Assembly: GCF_036365525.1 (NCBI RefSeq)
Contig: NC_090411.1
Span: 26,920,819-26,984,818, forward strand
Reading direction: 5' to 3'
Length of the DNA: 64,000 nt
Source of the DNA: Heterodontus francisci
Taxonomy: Eukaryota
Positions 33,501 through 48,352 of the stretch are shown here, piece after piece. Every line of letters begins with the position of its first letter. Position 1 is the first letter of the stretch. The notes under the pieces were generated by a model, which was not told the origin of the DNA, ran no database searches, and saw nothing but the letters and a program-made list of their open reading frames with translations. The translations under genes and the position numbers were made by a program.

Positions 33501-36500
33501 TATATCTAAATTAGAACATTGTTGGCGCAGTGCACTGCTGTTGTCAGGCACCTTGCCAGAATTGGTAACTATATTAAAGTACAAGTGCTTCCTGAGCTGC
33601 TTAGGCGTTTGGGCCTGCAATGTAGCCCCCACAATGAGTGCTGTCTGAGCAGACCTGTTGGGCAATGTGTTGAACAGAGGTAGGCACTTTCCTCTGAAGA
33701 GGGCAGAATGGGAGGGGTTGCTGCTATGTGCTGAGCAGTTTAGGTTTACCAATGATGCAAAGATAGAGGAGTGGCGTGTGCAGGAAGGAGGATGTAACTT
33801 AAGATTTGCAAAGGAATTTCGACTGGTTATTGAGCTAGGCAAACTATCTTTAACAGTGAAAATTGTGAAGTGTTCTACATAGAATATGGGACGTAGCTTA
33901 CAATGCATAACATTGAATTGGCTCGAGAAGAGTTAAAAAGGAAGCTGGGAGTAGCTGTGGACACGTCATTTTCAATATCGAGACAATGTGGTGAAGCAAT
34001 TTCAAAAGCTTTTAAGAAATGTCATTATATCGTCAGGAGAGTTAAATAGCAGTTATGCAAGGCATTGGTCAGCCATGCTTAGAATGCAGTTCTGCAAACA
34101 TAACCTCACATTAAAAAGATAGAAAAGCACCAATACAGATTCCAGGTGGAAAGGGAGTTAAGGTCAGCGAAGCTTAAGTTTTACAATCGAGAGCGACGTC
34201 AACTAAGTAGACCTGTAGATGTACCTAAAATATTAAATGGTGTAGATAAAGTAAAGCCAGATCATTACTTCAGAACAATGAAAAGAAAGTCAGGTGGAAC
34301 GGGGTAAATTGGATTTTCAAGGCGATAACAGGAAATTGTCAGCTCAGCACTAAATATTTGGAATAATCTCACTCATAGGGAATAATATTGCAGTTATTCA
34401 AAATTCACGGCAAGAATGGGAGAATTAATGTATTAAGAGTATATAGCGTCAGAGGATTGAGTGGACCCTGACTTGTCTTATGTTTGTCAGCTGCGGGAAA
34501 CTGTCTTGAACAGAGGCCTGGGAGCACATTGCATGGCTGCTTCCTTGGCTGGGTAATCGTGCTTAATACAGCAATCTAAGAAGGCTCAGGAAAAAGAATT
34601 GTCTGAATGGCCAAAAATTTTGGTTGCTCCCACATCTGCATGGTGTTTGCGAGCGAGTAACGCTTGCTATATATTGCTGTAGTCAAATTTCCTGAAAGGA
34701 ATGATGCCAACTTCCTATTAAAACTTGGATAAAATGATTTTTACCTGTGAAGGAAACTTTCATCTTCCCCCTGAGCTGTCCACATTGAATTGTGGCTGAG
34801 TTGGCACAAAGAGACACTTTCATTGCTGGAAGTCTTGAGAATGAGTGGTTTGATGACGAAACTCTGTTGGTTTTACTTTTTCCTTGTATCCAGTGCCCCC
34901 ATGTCTCCTTCCACCATCTCTCTCCTCTCAGACAAATCAAAATTGACACCCCTTCCTTTGCATTATCTTTGAAATGAGTGCTTCCTTAGCTAGTAAACTC
35001 TGTTATTTTTGTAGCATCATTGGAGAGGCATTGGTGACTTTCTCAGCCTTGCAGAGACTTGTAATTCTAATAACAATTATTCCTTGTTGAAGATGTATGC
35101 TGTCCCTTACCCCAGTTTCATGCTGCACTACCGATTGTAAGCTTAGATTCTGCACTGCCCAACTCCATGCTCCCCCTCTGCTCCCACTGCCATTTCTTAC
35201 CATTCTAAATGGGAGAACTTTTGGCTTTTTTGTATGGAAAGTCACGGCCAGTCATCTGCACCCACGCCCTGACTCTAACCCCTTCCTTTTTCCACCCTAT
35301 TCTGCTTCCATAATTTTTCTTCCTTCTTCTGTTGCTCTCACCAATCTAATTTTATTGCTTAAAGTCCTGTTGTCTTGTTCTGCTCTCCCTGCTCCTTACT
35401 GCCCAGGTTCCCTTTCCTAGCCTTCAGTGTAGTGATATCAACCTATCTTTAGCAACATCCCTACTTCCATCAAAGCAACTAATTTAAAACTAATCTTAAA
35501 CCATCCTCTTCAGTTATGCTCTATCTAAAATCTTCCCTTCCGGTCCAAAGTTTCAGAACTATTGCCTTGCAACTATGTGCCCACTGCTCCCATTGCTCCT
35601 TGTTTGGGATTCTGCAGTATTGTTTCTTCCCTCAACACAAAGACTGATCTGGTTAAAGTCACTCGTGATCATCTCTTTGGTGATCACTATGGCTATTATC
35701 CCCTTATCCTCCACAATCACTCTGCTGCTTTGGTACCATTGATCATTCTGCCTCCTGCAATGTGTCTTCTTGACGGTATACCTTCATGACACTACTCATC
35801 CTTGGGTCCTTTCATACTTGTATCAAAGGCAGCATTAAATATCTTTCAATGGATTCTCCCAAGAGCTGTATCCAGGGTTAAATCCTTGGTCCTTTCCATC
35901 ACCTATATGCTGCCTTTATAGTGACATCAGTTGGGTGCACAAGGTCAGGTTCCATATGTATATTGATGGCTTTACCGTTCTGCCGCCTGTTGATTCTAAC
36001 TCTAACTGCCCACTCCAAGTCTTAGATGAATCGAAACTTCCAGCAAAATTGAAACCAGAATTTTAAAATCCCATCAGCTCTTACATATGGCTCTTTTCAA
36101 TTTCACCCTCCCCAATTGCACTTGGACTTAGTCGAGTGGTACAAAACCGTGACATATTGCTTCTTCATGTCAGTTCCATCACTGCTGCCTTCTACCGTTG
36201 AAACATCCTCAACACCTTCCCTTCCTTCCGCGTTACTGACAAGACCCTTAACTGTTGTCACCTTGAGTCATGCTTCTTCAGGGTTCTTCGAGAAAGCCAC
36301 CCCCCCCCCCCCCCCCCCCCCCCAAATGATAAATTAGAACACATTCGGACAACCTTCACAAACCTTAACCATTCAGCCCCTTGCTCTTCCATCACCATGG
36401 TTTTTGCTTGGCTCGCTATGTAATTGTTTATTAGTTTCAAAATCCTTGATCCTTAGCTTCGAGTGCCTGCACAAGCTTAGCAGCTATGTTCAGCCATGTC

Positions 36501-36934
36501 CCTACTCATACTGTTGGGTTGCAGAGGGCTTGAGCTGAGGTAAGACACAGTAAATTGTTCCGGAGCAATATTTCCTATTTTGGAAACTGCTTTGAACTCT
36601 GTGTAAGACAAGTATTATGGATCAACTCTAAAGACCCCTAAGATCTTGAGTGTTTGACTGCTGTTTTGTGAAGTTTTTCTGTATTGTTAGTAGGTTGATG
36701 GATTTTTGCCAATTAAGTGCTTGTACTGGAAAGGTTGATGGAGTGGATAAGCTAATTGATAATGGAGCGGGTGGGCCAGGTACTAAAGAAGCTCATAGCA
36801 TTCGTGTTTGAAGTCAGGTGTGGGAGGAGGCAGTTAAAAGTGAGCAAGTGAAGATGTTGAACAAGGATGTGCAGAGAGAAAGGGACTTTGTTGCCATGAG
36901 ACATATAGAGCTTCTTGAGAGGATCTACCAGAAT

Positions 36935-37370
36935 CCCTCTCTGGATAAGGGTTTTAGCTACAAGGTTAGGTTGGTGAAGCTGGGGTTGTTCTCCTTGGAG
37001 CATAGGAAATTGAGAGGAGATTTGATCGCTGTGTACAAGATTAGGTTTGGATAGGGTAGATAAAGAAAAGCTGTTCCCATGAGCTGATGGTACAAGGACT
37101 AGGGAACACAGATTTAAGGTTTTAGGGCAAGAGATACAGCGGATGTGAGGAAGAACTTTTTTTTAACACAGTGAGTGGCAATGACCTGGAACTTGCTGTC
37201 TACGAGAGTGGTGGAAGCAGGGGCACTGAATGATTTTTAAAAGAAATTGTATGGATGCTCGAGGGAAATAAACTTGCAGGGATGGAGCCCGGGAGTAGAA
37301 CTGATTGGATTGCTCTACAGAGAGCCGGCATGGACTTGATAGGTCGAATGGCCTCCTTCTGTGCTGTTAT
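36935..37370 (+). mobile_element. CR1 LINE 3' fragment
   Basis: FSYKVRLVKLGLFSLEHRKLRGDLIAVYKI plus a CR1-type 3' UTR. Confidence 0.8.
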
Positions 37371-40300
37371 GATTTTGAGAACAGGTGTGGTTTGCTTGCT
37401 GCTGATTTTCAGGTTAGATGAAATGCTTGCAAAAATTTATTTTGATACAAAATATGTTTAATCGACATAATGGTAAAGGATAAAAGTGTTGGAGTAACAA
37501 ACTAGCTTCCAAATATTTTCCAATCCTGTTGAGGATAGGTAAATAAGTAATTATGCACATCTGTTGTCTGCAGCACTGTCAACCCATATTTATTCTACTA
37601 GATGCTTTATCGCAGTTTGTGGTTCTGTCCTTCATAGCTCGTCTAATACTGTTAGCTTGAAACACTAATGATAGACCCCTACTAATTATGCGATACTGGA
37701 CCGAGCAAGATTGCATTCGTTGTCCATGGCAAACGTGGATATGTTAACCAACGAGCATTTCTGGTCAATTGTTATTCAGGGTGAAAGCAGAATTTTGACT
37801 GTTAATTTACCCTGTCTCTCAGTCTTCCTCTCTCTTCCCCATTTGAAATTCATAATGTCGGTTTACTAATGATGATTGATCATTAGAGTGACTTACTGGA
37901 AGAATACCACTGCCTCTTTATCCTGACGTGAACCACCACTTCCAGGAGAGATGTGGTTAAGGGAGCGTATTTGTGAAGAAAATTTGAAAGCATTGCATTT
38001 GCCTCTTAATGTTGCTTCAGGGAACATAGAGCAACTATACAGATGGTATATTGGGTCAGGGTAGTCCAAAGCACTTTTTTTATTTTCTATTTTCTGGATT
38101 ATCTGTGGTGGAAGTGCAAGAGTGTAGTTTGAATCTTATTGGAGCATTTGTACTGTCCTTGGAGACCGATGTTATCTGTTGGGCTGGGTATTTATATTTA
38201 TTCTACTCAAGTAGTTTGCAGTTCAGTCTGAAAAAACTCTTCTCTAATACTATTGAGAGCTTGTAATGTTAGTGATACATCACGTGACACTGTGGACCAA
38301 TCAATACCCACATTGCCATGTTGCCTGCTATTTTGAACAAAAATAATTGAAGTTAAAAGTTTGCTGGTTTAAAAAAAAAAGCAGGAGCAGGTTACAGTTG
38401 AATTTCACCCCTTTTAATTATTTCTTGAGGCATCTGGTTGAGGAAAAGAAACAGAATAGCAACCAGTAAAATACATGGGTGCAGCTGATCTTGCCATAAA
38501 GCAACCGTAGACAATGAATTATAAACTCAGCTATTCAGGGGTTGTGGAATGTCATCAGAGGGAAAAGAAAGGAATGGAGTTAGGAGAGCTAGGACTTCAG
38601 TTCCAATCACTATATACTACAGTGCCTCGTACCAGCATCCACAGGGAGAGGCAAGTGCTGAATCCATGAGCATTGCCATGGGAGATTCACTGGGTACAAA
38701 TAACATTTTATTCATTTTAAGAGGAAACTACACCCATTTTCCATCCTGCATCACCTCATCTGAGTGCCAGGAAAAGCTGATTTGTGGCCTGCTCATTCTG
38801 GGCTTCCTGACTCTGGTTTTCATCCTTCATAAGCAAAGACAGCAAATTTTGACAGGCTATTCGACTGTGATGGGCGTCACAGTTGAATCCACATTTTGTA
38901 TTGGATACCAAAAGTTGGAAAAGTGGGTGATTTCTTTTCCTTCATCTCTAGCCTCCATGCTGTAACTACTATCCTAGCTAAATTAGCTAAATCAGCACAA
39001 ATCAAAGACCAAACTTGGGAGTTTGTCATCTGTGTGGCTCAGTATTGTACCATCAGGGGAGCTGTGTGTTGTCCCCTTTGTTTTGAATTTGAGTGCAGTG
39101 CAACGAGTCTGATGCAGCACATAAAACCTACCCACATCAGAATGGCTGACTGAACACCCAGCTTTGTGTTTTTGGGAGGAACAAGCTCAGTGAAGTGAGG
39201 GATTGTGACCCTTAATACTGGCAAATGCACAGATAAGCATCCAACTGGAGAAAGGTTGGGGCTTGGGCATGCTATCCCGTGTCATTGAATGACTTGTCTA
39301 CACTCACTTTAGATCTCACGAACGGTACCACTTGCATGCGATGCTCTTGCAAGCAGTCAGTTTCTTAATAATAGAACGGGGAGTGGAAAAACTGGGAAGG
39401 AACAGAAAAAACACAGTATATGGTGTTAAAAATAGGAGATGTGAAAAAAAAAGCTTGTTTTAACATGCCCGTCAAAAGCTGTGGACCTACTGGGATTGCA
39501 GTAATTTTCTAATATAATAAGACTAACTAAATCCATCTTTAAAGAAAAACTCTAGGGAATGCTGGCAAATACCATAGCTGTGACCTCCCCCTCCCCCTCC
39601 CCCCAAGTACCTTGTCTCTTAAAATAAAGTACTATAATATTTTTTTTTAAACTCCAGCAGAGGCCTCGTATTTAGGTATACGAGTCTGCATCTACGCAAG
39701 GTAACCACTCATCTCATTGTTGCGCACAATGTCTGGAGACCTCTAAAGTGTAATTATCTGTTTGAGAATTTTATCTCCATTTACTGTCGTCTCATGGTGT
39801 GAGAGAATTACTGAGGGTTTTAATTATATATTTGCCAGAAACGCAGATCTCAGTGCAACGTTGATTCTGCTCACTAGCTTTAGATGTGACAGATGGTGGT
39901 AACTGGAATGTGTAAAGCACGGCACGCTGCAAGGACAGGATACAGTTTTATCACAAAATCGTCAAAGGGTCACAGGTTCTTTTGTAGAGTGCATTAATGA
40001 TCATGTGACGCTTTATGTCCACATAAAGTATAAACAGTATTCAGTATGATTTGTTTATAGATTTGTGCGCTTCCAAACTTGGATTGGATCTGGAGAGTAT
40101 TTTTAGCTCGGATAAAATACTGCTTATGGCAATGGGGAGCAGTTTGAGAGAATGAATATACCAGTTGAAATGGCCTTCTGAGCTGTGTGATTCTTTGATT
40201 AATATTAAAATACATTGGCTCAGACATCAATTTTCCATCCCACTCTGGCTTTGATTTCCTGTACAACATCTTGGTACAAATCTGCTGAATAGGTTTACAG

Positions 40301-41577
40301 CGCAATATTGTATTTGCCGTCAGGGCTGATGTTTGGAAGTACTGAACTGGGTGTCGCTTTTGGATTGGAGTATGTGGGCAGCTCAAATGTGGGTGGATGT
40401 AGATGGCTGAGGTCATTAAAGTGCTGTAGCAATTTGAGAATGAGTGCAGGAAGTGTCTAGCTTTGATCCTCCAATAAGCAGAATGGGGTTTACCGAACAA
40501 AATTTGAGCTTAATTATGATGCTCCCCTTGGTTGAATAGACTGTCAGCATTCTGTGTCAATGGTCCAATCTGCTGTGAGGTAACAGGGCAATTGTGGAAC
40601 CGCACCCAGCAAGAACTCGGTCAATGCCTTCAGAAGACTAACAACTGAAATGTTTTAACAGTTGTTAATGTGGAAGAGGAGGGGAAGGAAACAGTTATTG
40701 AGTAAATGAATACTTGAATTAAAATCCTATTTTGGTTAAAGGGGTTGGAGCAAGTGAAATGTAATTTAAAGAGTTCACAGGCCTCAAAATGGATGCACTG
40801 CAGTGCAATTTTTAGTTTTGAATCGTTGACCTATTCCAGTGGGCTATACGATCCACCACATCTGCCTTGAAACTAGAGAGCACAATCTTTTAAACTCGTA
40901 CAGATCCATCCTTGAGTTTAATCAATCCTGTACGCTGCAGCACAACTACTCATTTCAAAACCAGCATTATTTTCAGATGAATTGCAGAGTTGTTTATGAC
41001 TCTTGCTTTATATAGCAGTCTTTACAAATTTTAGAACTCATTTTGAGCCACACATACAGCCTGCTAACCTATCCAGATTAGACCCTTTTACCCTTGTCCA
41101 TCTCCAGTTTCTTACAGGTGTTGGCTCATACTGCAGTTCAATTGCTGGCAACTCTAGCCAATTGGCCTTTCTTTATGGATGAGGCTAGATAATGAGAATT
41201 AGGTTGTTTGAAACTAAGGCTCAGTCATGGTTTCCTCATGCCTGTGTTTGTATATTCATTCAAATATTTTTTATTTCCATTTTTCCTTGCCCTGACCCAG
41301 TGGTTGTAATACCCCCTGATTTTATTTGTGCATGTCTTTTCCATCCTTCTATGATGTCTCATAATTTTTCTTCTTGCTGAAGGCAGTGACTCATCCCAGG
41401 GTGTAGTTCTGCCACTCCCTGTAGCACTCAGCTACCTAGTTTGATTGTCTATTTCTGATACATGAGATAGGCAGTGAATACTGGCAAAGTATTGATCATT
41501 GGTTAGGAGGAAATTGTAGCTGAATTTAATTCAGGCATTATCCAATAGCCAAATATGTGCTTTGCAGCAGGGAAAAA

Positions 41578-41975
41578 AAGATTTGTGTTTATATACAACC
41601 TCTGTGCATTCCCAGGTGCTTTACAATGGTACTTATATTGTGGTAACTCTTGTAATGTGCAGCCAGTTTGTGCACAGCAAGCTCCCACAAGCAGCAAAGT
41701 GATCATAAGCAGATAGATAATTTGTTTTAGTGCTGTTGCTTAAAGGATAAATATTCGATAGGAAAACTCCCCTGTACTTCTCTGAAGTAGCATATCGGGG
41801 TTTTTTTCCCATCCATCTGAGTAGGCAGAAGGAGCCTTGGTTTAACGTCTCATCCGAAAGACGGCACCTCCGACAATGCGACAGTCCCTCGGCACTGCAC
41901 AAAAGTGTAGGACTAGCTTTTGTACTCGAGTCTCTGGAGTGGGACTTGAATCCACTACAGCTTTCTGACTTGGGA
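41578..41975 (-). mobile_element. Deu-domain SINE
   Basis: CACAGCAAGCTCCCACAAGCAGCAA..TTTAACGTCTCATCCGAAAGACGGCACCTCCGACAATGC..GGAGTGGGACTTGAA. Confidence 0.75.
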
Positions 41976-43869
41976 GTGATCAGGAATGGGAGCCTTGCCT
42001 GATGCTTTTCTCCACTGCCTTCTAACCCAGTAATTCTGAGGCCAATTCTCGCACCTCACTGCTAACTGAAATGAAATCACCCAGTTCAACACAGGTTTGC
42101 GATCAGAACCTTGAACCTGCTAACTTATGTATTATATTTCCACATTGAAAAGTTGGGCAGTGCTGTGTTGGAAAAAATTGAAGTGGGCATCCAGTGGTGA
42201 TGCAGTTTGTAGCTGGGTCTGTACTAATGTTCTCGACAATGAATACAATGAAAATTGAGCTCCACTGCAGCTGAGTCTTTGACCTTTGATGTTTGAACCT
42301 GGTTTCTTTGGGTGGGCAGGGAGGAGAAGAATGGGAATGTTATGTTTCTCTTAAAGTCACCACTTTTAAATGAGATGAAAAAGTTTGTCGCATGTACACT
42401 TCGGCAGTTTATTGAAAAGAGTTTCTGCAAGAAATTCTGAAGTAGTTAAATATGTGTTTCTTTGACATTGCTCCTGACCAATGCCATTCAGTACTTGTGT
42501 GAGATGTACACGGGTTTAATTATGCCGCAAACATTTAAGTGAAAATTTTCCTGTTTCTGAGCCTGGATGCTGGAAAACCAGGCAGGGAGGAATGTATATC
42601 CGCAAGGGGAGCCTGCCTGATTTTATCACTCTTTTTAAATTGATGGATAGAAATTGGGCAGTCTCCTTTCAAGGGCCTACACTCTTTCCTGCCAGATTTT
42701 CCTGTCTTTGCACCCAGGTAATCCAATGCCTCAGGTGCAGAAACAGAAAAATCTACTGCACCATGTGTAGTAATTGTAAACTGAGTGTTATCCTCACTTT
42801 GCTGAATTAACACCTATAAACAACAGTTGTGTTGCGAATACTGGTCTGTATTAATTGGCCATCCTGTGTTTGTTGCTGATGGTGCCAGCCTGACTAGGCC
42901 ACTTGATTATATCCTGTCCCCTCCTTTTCCCATCTATCGTTACTTGTTCATGCAGTTTTCAGATTATGAAATATTTGCTCCATACAGTGGGATTTATTTC
43001 TGGCTTCTCTGTTCCTAGTTTTAGTTTTTTTTTCCCCCTTAATTTTGTTTTCCCACTGCACTTTCTCAGCTCTCTTCTCTTGAAGGCCTTGACTTGTGCT
43101 CGTGGGTACTTCCATGGATACCAGAATTTTTTTGGGTTCTCTTGCCCACGTTGGCAGTGTTTCATTTGTGAGTCTGAACTTGGGGTTTCTTGACAATGGC
43201 GAGAGCATGGTTGACTAACCAAGCCTGTTCCTACCTTGCCCAGTAACTACATACACGCAGAAACAGTGGCAGTTGTCCCTTTTGTATCCCAAGGGCACCT
43301 CTGCGTGGTTCAGTTACATGCTTAGTTCACCAACTGAGTCATCAGGAAAGCACCCCCATTTTCCAAATTATTCTGTCCATCCAGGATTTCCCTTCCATGC
43401 CAATTTTCTGCCCATAGGCCTCTGCATTTTCTGCTCTCTACACAGTTGATACAATCTTAATCTTACTTCCTCCCTTTTATTCATAAATTATAGGATTTTC
43501 TGGCAAGGCCAGCATTTATCACCCATCTCTATTTGCCCTTCTGTAGGTGGTGGTGAGCCATCTTGAACCACTGTAGTCCATGTGCTGAAAGTACATTCGT
43601 AGTGCCATTAGGTAGGGAGCTCTAGGACTTTGACTTGGAGGTGGTGGTATTGCCCTGAACCTGCTACCCCTGTCCTTCTAGGTGGTGATGGTTGCGGGTT
43701 TGGGAAGCACTGTTGAACAACCCTGAGACACAGTATTAGGGGTGCAGTCCAATTATGATACACATGAGGATTTGTTATATGTTTCATATCTGATTGGTTA
43801 TAATTGTATTTAGAGTTCGCTAAGGTACATGATTTTATTGTCTCTACTCTTGATGTTCTATAGCACATC

Positions 43870-44096
43870 ATGTTTTGGAAGTTTGACCTTCACACGACAT
43901 CGCACATTGACACGCTCCTGGAACGTGAGGATGTCACGCTCTTTGAGCTTATGGACGAGGAGGACGTCCTACAAGAGTGCAAGGCTAACAACCGCAAGCT
44001 GGTGGAGTTCCTGACACGGCCGAACAACATGGAGACACTTGTTACCTGCATTACCATGGAGCCATCTGATGATATGGACGAGAAAGTTCGATACAA
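43870..44096 (+). CDS. PPP6R1: PPP6R1 (PP6 regulatory subunit 1, SAPS family) first coding exon
   Basis: Acceptor AG at 43862-43863. [44 protein letters not shown]. Donor AA|GTAAGG at 44097. 227 coding nt, phase 2. Confidence 0.93.
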
Positions 44097-46262
44097 GTAA
44101 GGAGTTGTTCCACAGGGCCTGATCCTAGAGGAAATATATGTTTGATAAAGAGTTAATCATTTTGTGAAATTTAGCTCTGGATTGGAAGAGGTGTTCCCTA
44201 TTTTTTTTTTTAAATCTCCCCTCCTTTGTTGAAGATGTTGAGACCTGATGGGGTGCATTCCACAAGTACTGGCAACCCTTCAGTACGTCATTCACTGGAC
44301 CATTTTTCATTTATTAGCTTCTACAGAGCATGATGGCAGGCTGTCCAACTGTATCATAACTGATATCCCTCTTCATCCAGTATCCACACTAATTCATTTT
44401 ATAGCAGGTGTTAAGCGGTACTAATTGGAGCCTTATGTTTTTTCTCTCCCAGCCCACAGCTATACCATTATTTGAAGTGGAATCTGCTGGCTCCACACAC
44501 AGAGGGGATCAGATCTTGGTCTACCTTGGTCTATGTGTCTCTAATCCACACTAGGCAGTACATTTACTGACTGAGTAAGGTGGTGAAGAGTGCAGTTATT
44601 TTTCCTCCTCACATACGAGGATTGCTTTCCCACTCAAACTGAGAGTGAGAGCACAGCAGCTGAGGGAAGTATGGATTTGCATTCATATCTACGCATGAGT
44701 CTTTATATTAAAGAAAACAATTTTAATATGTGACCTAGTTTGATTCTATATAGGCTGTCTTGAAGTCAACACATTGCACCATCTCTGTTGTTCATTTCTA
44801 GGATCTCAATTATGTAGCTTCTAACTCTCCTCCACCCCACTACCACCTCACTCTGGCAATGTACAGACTTTTAAATCCTGCGCCTGCTATCACTGTTTTC
44901 AGAGTTTTTTTGCTTTCCCCTCTTTACTGCCAATTTTCTCTGCATTATACTCCTTTTCAGGAGGTGGCATCTCCCTCCGGTTTCCCAATTGTCAGGCTTC
45001 CTTGCCGACCTCCCTTAAGCTTGCCTTGTTTTCACCACGACCTTAACATCCATAGATTCTGGTTCTCTTTTAAACCTAGCAGATGCCGTGCAAAATGGAC
45101 CCCAGCGCCTTGCTCTTGAGTCTCAATAAACAAAAGACCTTGTCCGCCCACAGCTTGTGCATATGCAAATATCAGATCTCCAGCGTTAGCACATTCGTGC
45201 ATATATTGGGGCAAGTCGCAGCCAGTAGTGAGGTAGCATGAAATTCGTCTGCTGTTCGAAGTTGACTGTTCTGTGGTTAACGTTGCCTCTTTTTTTTTAA
45301 AAAAAGAGGTTACATTGCCATGATGTCTGTTGAGTGGTGAATTCCTGTCTAACTCAGTTTCTTAAAATAACCCAGTATCCTGCGAGCTCTACATTATAGC
45401 AGTAACCAGCAATATTAGAACAGGCCTGCATTTTTCTTTTGAAAGAAAACCCCAGAACTGCTAACTGTTCGCCCGAGGATTGTAGACAGTAAAAAAACAG
45501 CCTTAACATTCAGTCTGAATACATCTTTGTTCTTATGATTTGAAATCATCTGAGCAGTTTTAATGTATTTTCTCCCTAAATTTTAATCCTTTTTTCTCCT
45601 GTAGTAACTGGTTGTTGCTAAGTATGACTTCACAGCCACCAGGCAAACTCTCATGTTTCGTCCACGTGCCTGCTGTTTCACATGTGACTCTGGACTATGA
45701 GCATCAGTAGGGTGCTTGACCAGAAAGATATGACCGCTTAGCCCAAGCTCAATCCTGCCCCACTGGCAATTTCAAACAGGAAGTCACTGATTACTTATCC
45801 ATGCTAGCTGACATTGTAAATGGTCCCTGCTCCTCAACTACTATTCACCTCCCTTTCAAAATCCCTGTCATTAATTTCCTCACCATCAAAAAAATCTGCC
45901 CTTAACCCCTTTCTTTGATGATAACTGCTCCATCTACAAGCTCCCTTTACGCCCTCAAATCCTTCCAGGTGTTCTCTTCCAGATCAGTGCCCATCTTTCC
46001 CACAACTCCGTTTGAATCTTTGCTATCTGTTTCCACCCTCCCACATCACTGACCCAGCCCTAACCAGAGCCACTAACAATGTTCTCTGTGACTATGCGTA
46101 GAGGTTTATTCCTCCTTACCATTAATAATGAGCTTACTTTATTCTCTTTTTGCTCCCCCTACAAGAATGAATTTAGAGGAAACAAGTGATTATTTTTGTC
46201 ACTGATGTAATGCATTATAAAATATGACTTTATTTTCCTTGGTTTCGATTTGCATAATTCTA

Positions 46263-46606
46263 ACAGTGGTGCAGTGCTTAGCACCGCAGCCTCACAGCTC
46301 CAGCGACCCGGGTTCAATTCTGGGTACTGCCTGTGTGGGGTTTGCAAGTTCTCCCTCTGTCTGTGTGGGTTTTCTCCGGGTGCTTCGGTTTCCTCCCACA
46401 AGCCAAAAGACTTGCAGGTTGGTAGGTAAATTGGCCATTATAAATTGCCCCTAGTATAGGTAGGTGGTAGGGAAATATAGGGACAGGTGGGGATGTGGTA
46501 GGACTATGGGAATAGTGTAGGATTAGTATAAATGGGCGGTTGATGGTCGGCACAGACTCGGTGGGCCGAAGGGCCTGTTTCAGTGCTGTATCTCTAAACT
46601 AAACTA
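46263..46606 (+). mobile_element. HE1-like V-SINE
   Basis: Near-identical to the reverse complement of 30196-30531. Ends CTCTAAACTAAACTA. Confidence 0.85.
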
Positions 46607-47499
46607 GCCAAAGATACGTTTGTTGCCTTTTGGAATCGATGTTTATTCAGTGGATGGGTGGATCTAAGTAGATCGTAACTGTATTATTGGTTATATGTCG
46701 AGTACACCTATTGGATAAATATTGTGTGTCCAAATTTGTATTTGAGGCGTTTTTCTATCTCCATCTTCCCAATCTCACAGTGTTCTGCCCCCATGTGCGA
46801 GTGAAAGCAGCCTTTGAGGAGCATTCAAGAATACTTGCATTTTCTCTCCTGCTGTCTGAAAGCACAGACCCATTGACACAGTTCCATGGGTGCCTGCAGC
46901 CCTTGGGTACCCTACCTAAGGGCTGCCAACTCTAGACGGGCAAGTGTTGGTACCCACTTCAATTGTAGGGAGTATAGTAACCAAGGGTGACAAGGTTCTT
47001 AGCTGCTGATGTGGAGCATTTAGCCATCTTGTCCAGAAGTAGAACATCTCATTTTTCAACTAAGGGATTACTTTCAGAAATTTTGCAACATAGACAAATG
47101 CAGCAGTCATTTTGCATGGAGCTATCTGCTGTGAATAGCAAATGCATGGATGACCAGATAATTTGTTCCTGATGTTGATTCATTGAGAAGAACACTGGCA
47201 GTACATCAGGAGAGATCCCTGCTGCTCCACAAATAGTGCTATAATATATTTTACCTGGACAGGCATTGCCTTGGTTTAACATCTCATCCATAAAACACAT
47301 TTTCAACACCCCAGTACTCCTTCAGTACTGCAATAGTTGCCAGTGCACCAGTATCTGCCTGGTTGTGTGCTCGAGTCAGCCATGTCTCAAGCGAGATGCT
47401 GCTAAATGAGCCAAGTTGGTAGTGATCATATAACAGTGCCTCTTCCCCAAATTTTTCTTTTTAATACATAAACCATGAATATTAAACTGTTGTCACAAG

Positions 47500-48352
47500 G
47501 AGGTCGTGGACAACTTTGTCACTAAGATTGAAACCATCTGTTCACCTGCCTCTGCTGCATCCTTCCCTTGCCCTAGCCCTGAACTTGCATCTTTCTCTAT
47601 TTTCTCTCCTATCTCCCCTAATGCCCTCTCCAAGCTTATCTTGTTCATGAGACCCACCTTCAGCGCTCTCAACCCTATTCCCCTAAATTGAGGACCACTC
47701 AGTTTTTTTTTCCTTGGGAAATGCTAGGTGATGTTGTAAATGGTTCTTTCTGTTCTGATGCTCTCCACCTCCTTTTCAAATCTACCATTAACATCCCCCT
47801 CTTCAGAAAACCCACCCTTGACCCTTCGGTCATCAACAACAATGCACGTTTACTTTGTGCATCAGAATTTTGGGATCGAGCCATATAAGAGAGGTGTTTG
47901 TACAGGTGATCGAAAGAGATAGGGAGGAATTTGAACATAATGAGAATTTTAAAATCGAGGCATTGCTGGTCGGGGAGCCAATATAGGCCAACGAACAGAG
48001 GGGAACAGGACTTGGTGCGAGTTAGGTAGCAGAGTTTTGTTCAAGTTTACAGAGGGTGGTAGGTAGGAGGGCGGTCAAGAGGCCATTGGAATAGCGGAGT
48101 CTGGAGGTAGCAAAGGCATGAATGCATGTCCTGCAAGAACTTAGCTGTCTAGTCCCTAAGCTGTGGAATTTCCTAATACTCTCTGCCTCTCCTCCTTTAA
48201 GATGCTCCTTAAAACTTACCTCTGTGACCAAGCTTTTAGATAACCATCCTAATGTTTCCTTCTTTGGATTTATGTCAATTCTGCCTGATAGCGGTCATGT
48301 GAAATGCCTTGGAATGTTTTACTGTGTTAAAGATGCTATATAAATGCAAGTC
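47500..48352. mobile_element. Cluster of degenerate L2 fragments in both orientations
   Basis: L2 ORF2 remnants (DNFVTKIETI, PLFRKPTLDPSV) and a + strand L2 tail ending GCTATATAAATGCAAGT at ~48335-48351. Confidence 0.6.

Noticed and set aside
28950-43350. Many 60-170 aa ORFs and possible extra 5' UTR exons in PPP6R1 intron 1
   Set aside because: No recognisable protein motifs or consistent splice frames. Much of the region is decayed SINE, L2 and CR1 sequence, including an old SINE-like family I could not name or delimit.
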